Shown here: piece after piece, positions 54,762 to 64,000 of the stretch
Layout of the letters: each line of letters opens with the position of its first letter
Position numbering within the stretch: position 1 is the first letter of the stretch
Assembly: GCA_023131835.1 (NCBI GenBank)
Contig: JAGLZA010000025.1
Span: forward strand, 5,923 to 69,922
Length of the DNA: 64,000 nucleotides
Source of the DNA: a candidate division WOR-3 bacterium
GTDB taxonomy: Bacteria; Hydrothermota; UBA3072
Direction: 5' to 3'
Notes under the pieces: model-generated
Database searches by the model: none
Seen by the model: only the letters and a program-made list of their open reading frames with translations
What the model was told of the DNA's origin: nothing
Position numbers and translations under genes: made by a program

Positions 54762-56133
54762 TTATCCATCTTCCTAAATTTACTTTACATGAATCTCCTT
54801 GCATCTCATTTAACTCCTTTACTATGTTTTGACAACAATCAAAAACCAAATCAACAACTTTCTTGTGCATCTCGATACCTTTGAAAAAATGAGGATCAGG
54901 TATTTTTCCGATGCTGTTACTACTATATTTAACAATAGGAACATATTTTGGATTTTTGCCAAATTGCTCATTCAATCGTTTATAGTTGGCATTATCCATA
55001 TAGAAGATAACATCAGCCCAATTGATTATGTCGGTAGTAAGGAATTTCGAACGGATTTCAAAGTAGTCAAATCCCTTTTCTTCCAATGCCTGTATCATCC
55101 TCTTACTGGTAATTAATCCACCATTTTTATCACTTAAACATGCAGAATCTATATTAATAAGGTTATTGAGGTGTTCCATAATGACTTGACAAGCTGGTGA
55201 TCTGTTTATGTTGCCCACACAGACAAATAAGATGTTATGATATTTTATGAGTTTTTTAAGTTCTTCTTTGACTTTTTCTCTTGAATTTTTATCGAGATTT
55301 GTCTTTTTAAATAAGGTATGTAATCCGTGGTCGTATTTTACAGGGGTAGGAAATGATAAGTTAGGATATTCCGCTATTATATCCTTTGGTCTTTTTTGAC
55401 TATTTAAAGCACTATCCATAAATTCTCTACACCATATAAAACAACTTCTTATCTCATCCAAATTTAACGTTTGATAAAAATGTCTAAATTCCACTGTTTT
55501 AGTTTCTTGTAATTGACGTAGGTTTATTCCTGGACGAGGTGCTATGAACCATGAACGATTACCATATTTGTCTTGTGGTGCATGTGCCAGAAAAAAACCT
55601 TTGATGGTCGTAGCATTAAGAGCTTCAGTCACCCTATCCTTTGGCAACATTTGCTGGTGACTAACTTTGTTACGTTGTAACCTTTTTTTTGCACCTTTGT
55701 ATGCTTCTTCGTTTTCAAAATCCTGACGTTTCACTATTGGTAAGTTATCAGCTATTTCAAATGCCTCTCTACCGTATTTATCAATATATCGTAAGAGTTT
55801 TTTACATGCTTCTATGTCTTCATCCAAGCCAGGAACACCAATATGAATATGTAGATTGCATTTGTAATTAATGGTAGGTCTTGGATACAACAACCCATTT
55901 ATCTCTTTTATTACTTCTACTTGTTCATCGATAGTATTGGTTGGTCTGGTATTAATTTCGCCACCAAATTTCCATAGTTCCCCTTTTGGATCGTTAGCAA
56001 TACCATTTGAATTTACGATACTATAATCTCTTTCGTTCCATTTACATCCTTCTGGTAGTTTGTTGAAACGATACACATCAGCGTATTCGAGTTCAGCACC
56101 ATATGTAAAATCCTTAGATGAATATTTTTTCAT
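54751..56133 (-). CDS. Amidoligase (COOH-NH2 ligase) fused to an LMW phosphatase domain
   Basis: YGAELEY, GEIN, CNLHIHIG, INL, TVEFRH; then ILFVCVGNINRSP...IPDPH. Confidence 0.8.
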   Translation of the reverse strand: MKKYSSKDFTYGAELEYADVYRFNKLPEGCKWNERDYSIVNSNGIANDPKGELWKFGGEINTRPTNTIDEQVEVIKEINGLLYPRPTINYKCNLHIHIGVPGLDEDIEACKKLLRYIDKYGREAFEIADNLPIVKRQDFENEEAYKGAKKRLQRNKVSHQQMLPKDRVTEALNATTIKGFFLAHAPQDKYGNRSWFIAPRPGINLRQLQETKTVEFRHFYQTLNLDEIRSCFIWCREFMDSALNSQKRPKDIIAEYPNLSFPTPVKYDHGLHTLFKKTNLDKNSREKVKEELKKLIKYHNILFVCVGNINRSPACQVIMEHLNNLINIDSACLSDKNGGLITSKRMIQALEEKGFDYFEIRSKFLTTDIINWADVIFYMDNANYKRLNEQFGKNPKYVPIVKYSSNSIGKIPDPHFFKGIEMHKKVVDLVFDCCQNIVKELNEMQGDSCKVNLGRWINDE

Positions 56134-56141
56134 TTTTGTTC

Positions 56142-56221
56142 CTCATAGACATTTCTTCCATAAATAATGTTTAGGTATTGGTGGCTCCTGCTCAAAAATA
56201 TAATTCTTTATAACATTCATA
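56142..56221 (-). pseudogene. Relic copy of the 3-prime end of the amino acid:DNA transferase gene
   Basis: 56171-56196 matches 56683-56708 at 23/26 nt (FEQEPPIPK versus FEEEPPIPK); 56142-56155 matches 56634-56647. Confidence 0.65.
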
Positions 56222-56550
56222 ACAAATTAATATTAAACTCAAAAAAAGAAAAACCCACTCATCCTCAAAATTTTATTTAAGTGAAAAATATCTTTTTTGA
56301 AGATGATGATTTTTTAAAAATACTCATCTATATATTTTTATTTATATTTTTACTTTTGTTAGAGATCATTGATTTGCATCTGTAATTTTTATGTAATCAG
56401 GTGCATCAAACATTATTTCACCTCCTCTAACTTGCCTTATTATTGAATTTACAGTTTCACCTTCATCCATACGCCATTTTTGTCCAAACCAAACAACAAT
56501 AGACTTTCCTTTTGTCATAGTTTTCACCTCCTAATTTAAACTTGTAATAT

Positions 56551-56580
56551 TACTTATATACTACCACTATAAATACTTTT
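56551..56580 (-). promoter_or_regulatory. Recurrent 30-bp promoter module
   Basis: AAAAGTATTTATAGTGGTAGTATATAAGTA. Confidence 0.75.
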
Positions 56581-56612
56581 AAGTTTACTGAAAAACTCAC
56601 TATGTTACCAGA

Positions 56613-57689
56613 CTACACTACCAACATATTACTCTCATACACATTTCCAATAGATGGAAAACTTACCTTCCTCGAATATTGCTTAGGTATTGGCGGTTCC
56701 TCCTCAAAGAAACCCACCAACCTACCTGTATCCTTAAATATGTTCATCCTTTCTTTTCGTATACCTTTCCAACCGTTCAGCTCACCCAAGAACCATGGAT
56801 CGAAGAACTCACTGCGAAAATCCCAAAGTAGAGACCATTCGACTCCGTCCTTTATGTTAGATTCCATAGTATTTAGTTCTTCTAATTGTCTATCAATATA
56901 ATACGGAAAATACCGAGTGGACCAAAATAATTTTTTTAGGGAACATAATGCAGTCTCTATGTTCCAAAAAGTAATATTAAGCTCTGGATTTTCTTCTTGT
57001 AATTCTTTTTTTAGTTGTAAAAGTTTATCTTGGAGCAAATCATAATTTATAGGTGTTTTTGGTTTTTTGTGATGTAGAGTAATCATATCGTCCAATCCAC
57101 ACCCATAGCAAAGCCCATTCCTACAACTCTCTGCCTCTCTTAAATTAAGTCCAGTAGGTCTAAGTTCCAAATCAGTTATTTCGTTTAAAGATTCCAAATA
57201 ATTAAATAAAGTAAACCTACCAAAATAGTATATCTTCGATGTCTCCCTATAAACTTCGTTATACCTCTGTTCTAAGTTTTTTGTGCTCTTAAACTTCCTG
57301 AAAAACTCAACTTGGCTATCACCTACCAACTCGTGGTAACTCACATATGAAGGAACAAATTTATCAAAATTCTTAACCTTTGCTCTATCACTTTGAAATA
57401 GAATCTTACTTTTGTTTGCTCTCCACCACCTTTCCATTCTCTGAACATTCACATTCTCTGCATCAGGAAATTCATTAAATATATAGTAAGCAGATGGTGC
57501 ACAATATGTCAAAGAGTAGAGATAAGCAAGCCAGTACCTTTGCTCTAGATTTAACTCCAATCTGTCACAAATGTAATTTAAGCATGGATATGAAGGATCA
57601 CACTCGTTGTTGTAAATCATTCTTGCTATGTAATCCTTCATCCCATCCCATCGCTCTTTGGTATAGTTTTTGATATTATAGTCCTTCAT
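56613..57689 (-). CDS. Amino acid:DNA transferase (aGPT-pyrophosphorylase family)-like hypermodification enzyme
   Basis: ECDPSY...QRYWLAYLYSLTY...FGRFTLFNYLE...NIETALCSLKK...RYFPYYIDRQLEE, plus its gene neighbourhood. Confidence 0.68.
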   Translation of the reverse strand: MKDYNIKNYTKERWDGMKDYIARMIYNNECDPSYPCLNYICDRLELNLEQRYWLAYLYSLTYCAPSAYYIFNEFPDAENVNVQRMERWWRANKSKILFQSDRAKVKNFDKFVPSYVSYHELVGDSQVEFFRKFKSTKNLEQRYNEVYRETSKIYYFGRFTLFNYLESLNEITDLELRPTGLNLREAESCRNGLCYGCGLDDMITLHHKKPKTPINYDLLQDKLLQLKKELQEENPELNITFWNIETALCSLKKLFWSTRYFPYYIDRQLEELNTMESNIKDGVEWSLLWDFRSEFFDPWFLGELNGWKGIRKERMNIFKDTGRLVGFFEEEPPIPKQYSRKVSFPSIGNVYESNMLVV

Positions 57690-58326
57690 TTAAACCCACC
57701 ATTTTAAATTGTTTAATAGTCTCAGCTTCCTTCCATGCACCACCTGCACGTTTTATCGTATCGAGTGTTGAAACTAAAAACAGTGCCTTATCCTTAAAGT
57801 TAAACTTATAAAGTGGTCTTTTGTTATTCCGTAACCCATAAATTTTATTGTCTAATAGTAGTGTAGCTGAAAAGCTACATTCCTTTTGACTCTTAAGAAA
57901 ATCAACTAAATTAATACCCTGTTCAATTTTTCTTAGGAACACCTCTGCATCGTTATCACAATTACATACAACATTAAAATCTTTTTGGAACTCCTCCATC
58001 TTTTTCATACTTAAAACGCCATTCATAGCAATCGCACCCACACCATCCACCACAATCGGCTGGTTATTTTTCATGTCGTGCCAATCACCACTTGTGCTGT
58101 AGCGATTATGGTAGATAAAACAGTCGCTACCGCTTTGGACAAAAGCATCGACGAGTTCGTCGGGATTTAACTCGAAACTTTTAGTTACTTCGATTGAGTG
58201 GTTGTTGTAATAAGCTATGCCAAATGAATGACATCCACGTATTTTGAGTTCTGTTATTAGTTTCTTTGTGAAGGTGAGTGTTTCGGGGTCTTTGTTAAGA
58301 AAGTAAGCTCCTAATATACCGCACAT
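57676..58326 (-). CDS. Class II (Ntn) glutamine amidotransferase
   Basis: MCGILG start, RG, HNRYSTSG, NQPI, NG, NDAEVF. Confidence 0.88.
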   Translation of the reverse strand: MCGILGAYFLNKDPETLTFTKKLITELKIRGCHSFGIAYYNNHSIEVTKSFELNPDELVDAFVQSGSDCFIYHNRYSTSGDWHDMKNNQPIVVDGVGAIAMNGVLSMKKMEEFQKDFNVVCNCDNDAEVFLRKIEQGINLVDFLKSQKECSFSATLLLDNKIYGLRNNKRPLYKFNFKDKALFLVSTLDTIKRAGGAWKEAETIKQFKMVGLNEGL

Positions 58327-58413
58327 TTTTACTAATCCAACCTAATCTTTAAGATATAACATACCAATTGCTATTAAACACTTACCTTACTTGCTTTTTT
58401 CATCTTTTTTATA

Positions 58414-58605
58414 TTATTTGAATCCCCAAGGATATATTTCAAGAAATCCATCGATTCTATGAACAGCATATTTTTTGTTTTTATATATTACAAACTTTTT
58501 TCCTTTCAAATCTCCTTCTATACCTTCTCGTATGTTTCTGTTTATCACTTCAATAGTTTCTCCTTTTCTATTACAAACTTCTATGTCTGCATTTATTTTT
58601 TCCAT
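58414..58605 (-). CDS. Small basic protein, paralog of 6820-7029
   Basis: See 6820-7029; preceded by the promoter module at 58614-58643. Confidence 0.7.
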   Translation of the reverse strand: MEKINADIEVCNRKGETIEVINRNIREGIEGDLKGKKFVIYKNKKYAVHRIDGFLEIYPWGFK

Positions 58606-58613
58606 TTTATTTA

Positions 58614-58643
58614 CCTATATATACTATGCACATAAATACTTTT
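58614..58643 (-). promoter_or_regulatory. Recurrent 30-bp promoter module
   Basis: AAAAGTATTTATGTGCATAGTATATATAGG. Confidence 0.7.
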
Positions 58644-59074
58644 GAGTTTACTATCATATTTTCCTTAGCAAACTACATAATATGATGATATTGAGTATTT
58701 ACTACGTCCTTTATATACTATATACATCCTACCTTTTCTCATTTTATTATATCAAAACTATCTCGAAAATCTCTTCTTAATATCTTCATAATAATATCCA
58801 CCAATATCTTCTCCCTCATAACCAAAAAAAGAAGGATCCTCTGGTAAAGAACCAAACACTTTTTTGTATATGCTTTTTTCTTTTTTTGTCCTTGGATAAT
58901 ACACAATTATAACCTTATCAAAAACACCTTTTATTGGTTTAGCGAAAAAATACTTTTGTCTTTTTCTAAGCATAACAGAGACTTTTTTAATACCCATTGC
59001 TATCAATCTTCTTCTTGCCTCTTTTATTATTGGATCCATTTTGTTTTTCACCTCCCATCTTTAACCTCTAATAA

Positions 59075-59104
59075 CACTTATATACTACCTATATAAATAC
59101 TTTT
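59075..59104 (-). promoter_or_regulatory. Recurrent 30-bp promoter module
   Basis: AAAAGTATTTATATAGGTAGTATATAAGTG. Confidence 0.75.
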
Positions 59105-59108
59105 GAAT

Positions 59109-59744
59109 TTACAGCATCCACCTTGACAAATCCGTGATATCATCCTTTGTCTTATATTGCTTCATCTTTATTCCTGTCTCAGCTTCCACGTACTTCAGAA
59201 TCTCTACCAAATCCTCCTCGGTCTCGTTCTTAAACTTCTTCACCACAAAGAAATCATCATCCTTAACCAACTCCAAAGTCTTCTTACACACCTCTAATTT
59301 GCCAACCACGTGTCCTTCACGCTTCTTAGTCCACTGCTTTCCCTTGCTACGTATTACTAACCGCTCTTTGATTAGCTCTAAAGGTGTATCAAGGTAGAGT
59401 AGGATAACCTTGCGTTTAGGTTCTAATTCCTTATACCAATTCACAAAGGTATTAAAGTAGACTATCATGAAACCTTCGGTCATGGCTATATCGTAGTCGC
59501 TCTCCCAAAGTTCACGTATTAGTTTGTGACGCTCGTCAGTGGTTACAGAATACGCATCGAAACCACCTGTGTAGATTCCGCTACGTTTCTTAGAGTAGGA
59601 TCCGAGAACTAAACATGTTTTGTCTGGGTTTGTTTGGTTCCATAGCTGGCGTCGTAGGTTTATGTTGTAACTTAATGCAATGGAACTAATCACACGGGAT
59701 TTACCTGTGCAATGGGTTCCAATAGGCTGGATGAATGTCTTCAT
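59109..59744 (-). CDS. P-loop nucleotide kinase of the base-modification-associated type
   Basis: GTHCTGKS Walker A, GGFD, MTEG, LYLDTPLELIKERLVIRS. Confidence 0.75.
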   Translation of the reverse strand: MKTFIQPIGTHCTGKSRVISSIALSYNINLRRQLWNQTNPDKTCLVLGSYSKKRSGIYTGGFDAYSVTTDERHKLIRELWESDYDIAMTEGFMIVYFNTFVNWYKELEPKRKVILLYLDTPLELIKERLVIRSKGKQWTKKREGHVVGKLEVCKKTLELVKDDDFFVVKKFKNETEEDLVEILKYVEAETGIKMKQYKTKDDITDLSRWML

Positions 59745-59843
59745 TTTAACTCACATACTAAATCCCGCTGAAAAATATCGCGCTAAATTATTTTTTAATT
59801 CACTATATATTATATTGATCTGTGCACATAAATACTTTTGAGT

Positions 59844-60326
59844 TTATTGATAACCTACTATCACCACAAACCACACGTAACTATCCACTGGAAACTTTGA
59901 CCTTATCCCTACCTTACGTAGCATCGCCATGACATTGATACCGTTAGCCTCTGGTTTCTTAAGCATTACTCTACCCGACATTTCTAGACAATCTTCAGCA
60001 TACTTAAACAATACATTTCTTGCACCACGCTGATAGTATAGACAGTTGTGCAGTTGTCTGAAAGACCAATCGGGGTGGTTCACTTTTAGGTTGGCTACGT
60101 GCTCACCCAAGTCAAACTTCATGGCCACTGTATAGACTTCTCTTGTTGTATCTATGATATCGGTTACGTACGGTGCTTCAGGAGGGCAGTCTGGTAGTTT
60201 ACTGTAATTTGGGCATCCGTGTTTATGTGCGGTGTATGGTCTTGTACAAAGGTCTCCTATCTTTGGGTTATGTTTTAGTGGTATTTGGCTACAGAATATA
60301 TCTAATATTTTGAGCATTTTAAACAC
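59844..60326 (-). CDS. DUF2284 Cys-rich metal-binding protein
   Basis: CTRPY...GCPNY...CPP; KPEANGINV. Confidence 0.75.
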   Translation of the reverse strand: MFKMLKILDIFCSQIPLKHNPKIGDLCTRPYTAHKHGCPNYSKLPDCPPEAPYVTDIIDTTREVYTVAMKFDLGEHVANLKVNHPDWSFRQLHNCLYYQRGARNVLFKYAEDCLEMSGRVMLKKPEANGINVMAMLRKVGIRSKFPVDSYVWFVVIVGYQ

Positions 60327-60696
60327 AGTTTTACCTTATCTTTTTTCATTCTCTATTTGAAAAAAAATTAATTATATCTCTTTATTCTATTATCCAATCA
60401 AAGAGATTCTGTGTTTTCGCATCCTCCTTATTTTCCAATACTATCCAATGGTCACCGATGTGCTGTTCATGCCTAATTATGCACTGCCCATTTGCTTTAA
60501 CTTGTGCCTTTATGATTTTTTCTAATTCTGGTAGGACTTTTTCACTAACTGCATCTAATATTTTTGTTCTAGCAACACATATGTAACTGATATCATTTTT
60601 TATACTCAGTAATATATCAAAATTTGCCTCTAATTTTGCTGGTACTATTAATTGCTCCTCTATTCTTATCTTATTTTTTCTCATTTTTCCTATTTC

Positions 60697-61794
60697 CTAA
60701 ACTAACAAATACCCTAAAAACACACCTCTCTCTTCTACTTTCAAATTGAAATAACTTATGCATAACGGGATCGCCCGATTTTGTATTTCCAAATACCCAC
60801 CTTCCATATGTGTTTTTAAGCTACAATCCTTATGGATCGGACATCGGAACGGAAGGAGCTGAAAGCTCTCCCAGTAACCTTGTCTGTGTGCTTCTAACTG
60901 GTAGTTATGCAACTCCTTGATGCCTTTGACTGTCTTGATACTGTTTTTTAATCTGATTACGTAGAGTTTCCAGTCTTTAATGGTTTGGTATAGGTCGTCA
61001 TCCCTATAGCGATCACGGTTGCATAAGAAAGGTGTTTTAAGTTTACATGTTTCACATCGTGCTTTGCTTATATCTGGCTGCCAAATATCCTTCACGTCGT
61101 ATACCTTTACAACATTATTAAGGTTTAATACATGGTCGGTGGTTTGGTTTCGTTTGGGAAGGTTTAGAGGGGTGAAGTCGTGGTTTAAGGTTCCGTACAC
61201 CATTGATACACTGTAATAGGTGTCTATGGGTGGTACTTCCATAGGTAGCATGGAGTAGAGATCAATACCGATTGCTTCGGGTGAATGTAAAGCAAGAGAA
61301 CAACTTTTTTTGCTTCTATCACCACCTCCTTCTATCAGTGTTTCGATCTTACCAAAAAACGAAAGATAGTTTAAGGTTTCCACTCTACGATCCTTAACAC
61401 GCTTCTTTAACACATTGCTCCCTTCATTTCCGGCAAAGTATTTCGCTCGCCAATCCGAATTAATTAAAGTTAGATTATCCTCAATTCGTGCTCTTACGTC
61501 TATCTTACCTATAACCAAAAGGAAGAAATTATACTTACTTAGTTGTTCCCTCCAAACATAGTATGGTGCTGTTTTTGGATTGCAACCCATATTACGACCG
61601 TACATCCCACAAGTCACACATTTTAACTGCGACAATGGAGAGAAAACCAAATTGCTAAATGGGATGATCTGTGCACTAACACTACCATCAAACGGGATGC
61701 CACGTTTGTTGTAAGCGGTGAAGGTTTCTGTACGGGTTAGGTGGTTGAAATCTACGGTTTTATCTGAGTAAGACAAGAGTGAAGTTTGAGTCAT
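60697..61794 (-). CDS. Tandem two-domain DUF2284-like protein
   Basis: CVTCGMYGRNMGCNP...SPEAIGIDL; second domain CETC...C...CPIHKDC. Confidence 0.65.
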   Translation of the reverse strand: MTQTSLLSYSDKTVDFNHLTRTETFTAYNKRGIPFDGSVSAQIIPFSNLVFSPLSQLKCVTCGMYGRNMGCNPKTAPYYVWREQLSKYNFFLLVIGKIDVRARIEDNLTLINSDWRAKYFAGNEGSNVLKKRVKDRRVETLNYLSFFGKIETLIEGGGDRSKKSCSLALHSPEAIGIDLYSMLPMEVPPIDTYYSVSMVYGTLNHDFTPLNLPKRNQTTDHVLNLNNVVKVYDVKDIWQPDISKARCETCKLKTPFLCNRDRYRDDDLYQTIKDWKLYVIRLKNSIKTVKGIKELHNYQLEAHRQGYWESFQLLPFRCPIHKDCSLKTHMEGGYLEIQNRAIPLCISYFNLKVEERGVFLGYLLV

Positions 61795-62523
61795 TTTATC
61801 TCATTATAAATAGACCATCCTCTTTCGATCTTTAATACATCTAACTTAGTATATGGTGGTAACCTCTTAAGTCGTTGTCTAGCATATTCTATTGCACCAC
61901 CTTTTGTCTCAAAACATTTATCTGTTTGTTTATAAAAGGGTTCATGTGAAATAGGATTAACTACTACCCAAATAGGTTTATTTGGTAAACTCCATGGATA
62001 TATTTTCATTTCTCCTCCTCTTTTTTATTTCTAAACAAAAAATTGACTCATCACTTGGCTACAGATTTCCGTATGCTCCGTAAATCCTTAATACCATGTC
62101 TTAGACCGTATTCCGCAATTTGGTTACGGATATGCTTCCTTACAGCTCTACCACTCTTGGTTGCTCTATCATGCTTTTTACTTCCTCTACTTGTCATTTT
62201 ATTCCTCCTTTATATCTTCCAATAATTCACGTATATCTAAAAGCACCTCTAAAATGAAGCTGGTATTTATTGATTCCAAACTCCAACCTTTTGGACTACT
62301 TTCATCCATTATTTCTTTTCTATTTCTCATTTTTACCTCCTATTCCTACTCTCTTATCTTTAATCCAAACCTTTTCATATCTTCTTCATTATATTTCATT
62401 CCAGGTAACCCATACAAAGTATTTGCTAGTTTTATACAATTGCAATCACTTAGGCATCTGGTCTCTCCATAAAGAGTTATAACACAATCTTTACCATCTT
62501 GATTTATCTCCATTTCTCTTACC

Positions 62524-62877
62524 TCAATTCTCCTTTATTTCTTGTTTTTTATACTTTTTATTCGCTTCATCAACAAGGTCCAGATTCTCTAAATATCCTT
62601 CACTCTTGTTTTCTATGTCATCACCAAAAAACAAATCCTCCATTCGCTCGTCTACAGTTCGGTCGGGTTTTAATTTTGGTTTACTACTATCCTGTTGCTC
62701 AACAGAGATACTATCACTAAACGCAACAGGTACTATGATTAGCTGATTGTTTTCTCCATTTTTAAACTGTATCTCGGTCGCACGTGTTTGTTCTATCCAT
62801 TCACGTGGGATAGTTAGTTGGTAAAAGGTATTGCCGTTTGGGTCGCTACGTTTTCTTATCTTATATGTTGTTCTCAT
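62524..62877 (-). CDS. AbrB/SpoVT-like DNA-binding protein
   Basis: TFYQLTIPREW...LIIVP. Confidence 0.55.
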   Translation of the reverse strand: MRTTYKIRKRSDPNGNTFYQLTIPREWIEQTRATEIQFKNGENNQLIIVPVAFSDSISVEQQDSSKPKLKPDRTVDERMEDLFFGDDIENKSEGYLENLDLVDEANKKYKKQEIKEN

Positions 62878-64000
62878 TTTTTACTCCTTTTTCAATCTAT
62901 ATATTCGCTCCCTTAATCGCTTATTATTCTCTTCCTCCTCATTAACAATAATAAATAACTCTCTATCTTCATACTTCACAAAACCCGCAATCAATCCTCC
63001 ATCCCTATCAAGTACTTCATACTTTAAATGATATGCAGGTTCAATAGTATGTCTATGTAATGCCATTTTGTTTTCTCTCCTTTTTCTTTTGCCTTATATA
63101 GTTACGTAATTTCATACACAGTTGGATTGCCATAAGGTATAACAGAGTTGCCAAAAGTAATTTTCCTATGATTACAAGTTCTTCCATCATTTTTTATTTT
63201 CCCTTTCTTTAGATAGTTGTATCATCTTTGAGCAATTTGGATGCTATAACATATAACAACAGTGTTGCTAAAAATAATTTCCCTATGGTAATAAGTACTT
63301 CCATCATTTCTTACTCTCCTTATTCATTGTTTTTATTTAAATTCACCATTCTTCTATACATAGCATCGCTGAACCCCTTCTTTCTGTATTTGTAATAGCG
63401 TTTTTGCTGGTTGAAATTTCCTATCCCAACAATCTTCTCTTTTCTGTTTACGTTCTGCCTCCACTCTATAACAAAACCATCAACAAAACACAGATAAAAC
63501 GTAAATATCATTCGTTTGAATCTTCTATCTAAGTAAATCATACTTTATAAACAACTCCTAAAAATCACTATTTCTCATTGTTCTTTTTGGTTTTATCCAT
63601 GTAACACACAACAAAAAGCACAGCACAAGCAAACCAAATTACTATATTCCCAACTATCTTTAAACCGCTAAAAACTACGATGAGACCAATCAACCCTATA
63701 AACACGGTTAAAACCGCTATCATATCTGACTTAGTTATTTTATTTAATTCATTTAAATAATTATTCATTTTACTCTATCCTCCATAATAACCTATTCAAA
63801 AGTTTTTTGTGTGTTCTCACCAAAACCACTATAATGTCTCGCTTGTATCTTTTGTATCCTTTTACATTCAATTTTCCATTCCTCCTCGGTCATATTAGAC
63901 CATGGCTTTTCTTCTTTAGGCATCAATTTGTTTTTCCTAATTCTATTTAAAAAATAAACCTATAAATCTTCAATCATATTTACAGCTTCATCTTAAAGAG

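Noticed and set aside
1500-63031. Plus-strand ORFs in the supplied track (for example 1500-1868, 5061-5480, 50027-50629)
   Set aside because: They are F/L/S-rich antisense shadows of K/E-rich minus-strand genes, with no SD sites or recognisable motifs
1-64000. tRNA or rRNA genes, virion structural genes, Borg assignment
   Set aside because: No T-loop or cloverleaf signature and no capsid/portal/terminase motifs were recognised; long perfect tandem-repeat arrays typical of Borgs are absent, so the element type remains an inference

Overview
AT-rich, very gene-dense DNA. Essentially all real genes lie on the minus strand, with archaeal signals: GGAGGTG Shine-Dalgarno sites, BRE-TATA promoters, a PGF-CTERM-like surface protein and a FlaK/PibD-like peptidase. 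It is best read as the early, replication and nucleotide-metabolism part of a large virus or extrachromosomal element of a methanogen/ANME-type euryarchaeon; no capsid, portal or terminase gene is visible. Main points: (1) a 304-aa RuvC(DEDD)+Nop/IS110-like protein (30665-31579) directly followed by a dual-repeat array with 9-nt spacers, the architecture of a TIGR-TasR RNA-guided system, in a variant with an about 50-nt period; (2) a complete IsrB-omegaRNA (OMEGA) element whose guide, ATGA TAM and empty site can be reconstructed; (3) a DNA base hypermodification cluster (amino acid:DNA transferase-like protein, class II glutamine amidotransferase, amidoligase-LMW phosphatase fusion, radical SAM, P-loop kinase, Nmad1-like and DUF2284 proteins), backed by dCTP deaminase, a thymidylate-synthase-fold enzyme and an N-terminally short PolB; (4) two non-coding pentamer arrays sharing a 25-nt leader; (5) a recurring 30-bp promoter module, an expanded family of about 60-aa basic proteins and candidate anti-defence proteins. 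All family calls come from motif recognition by eye; no database searches were run.
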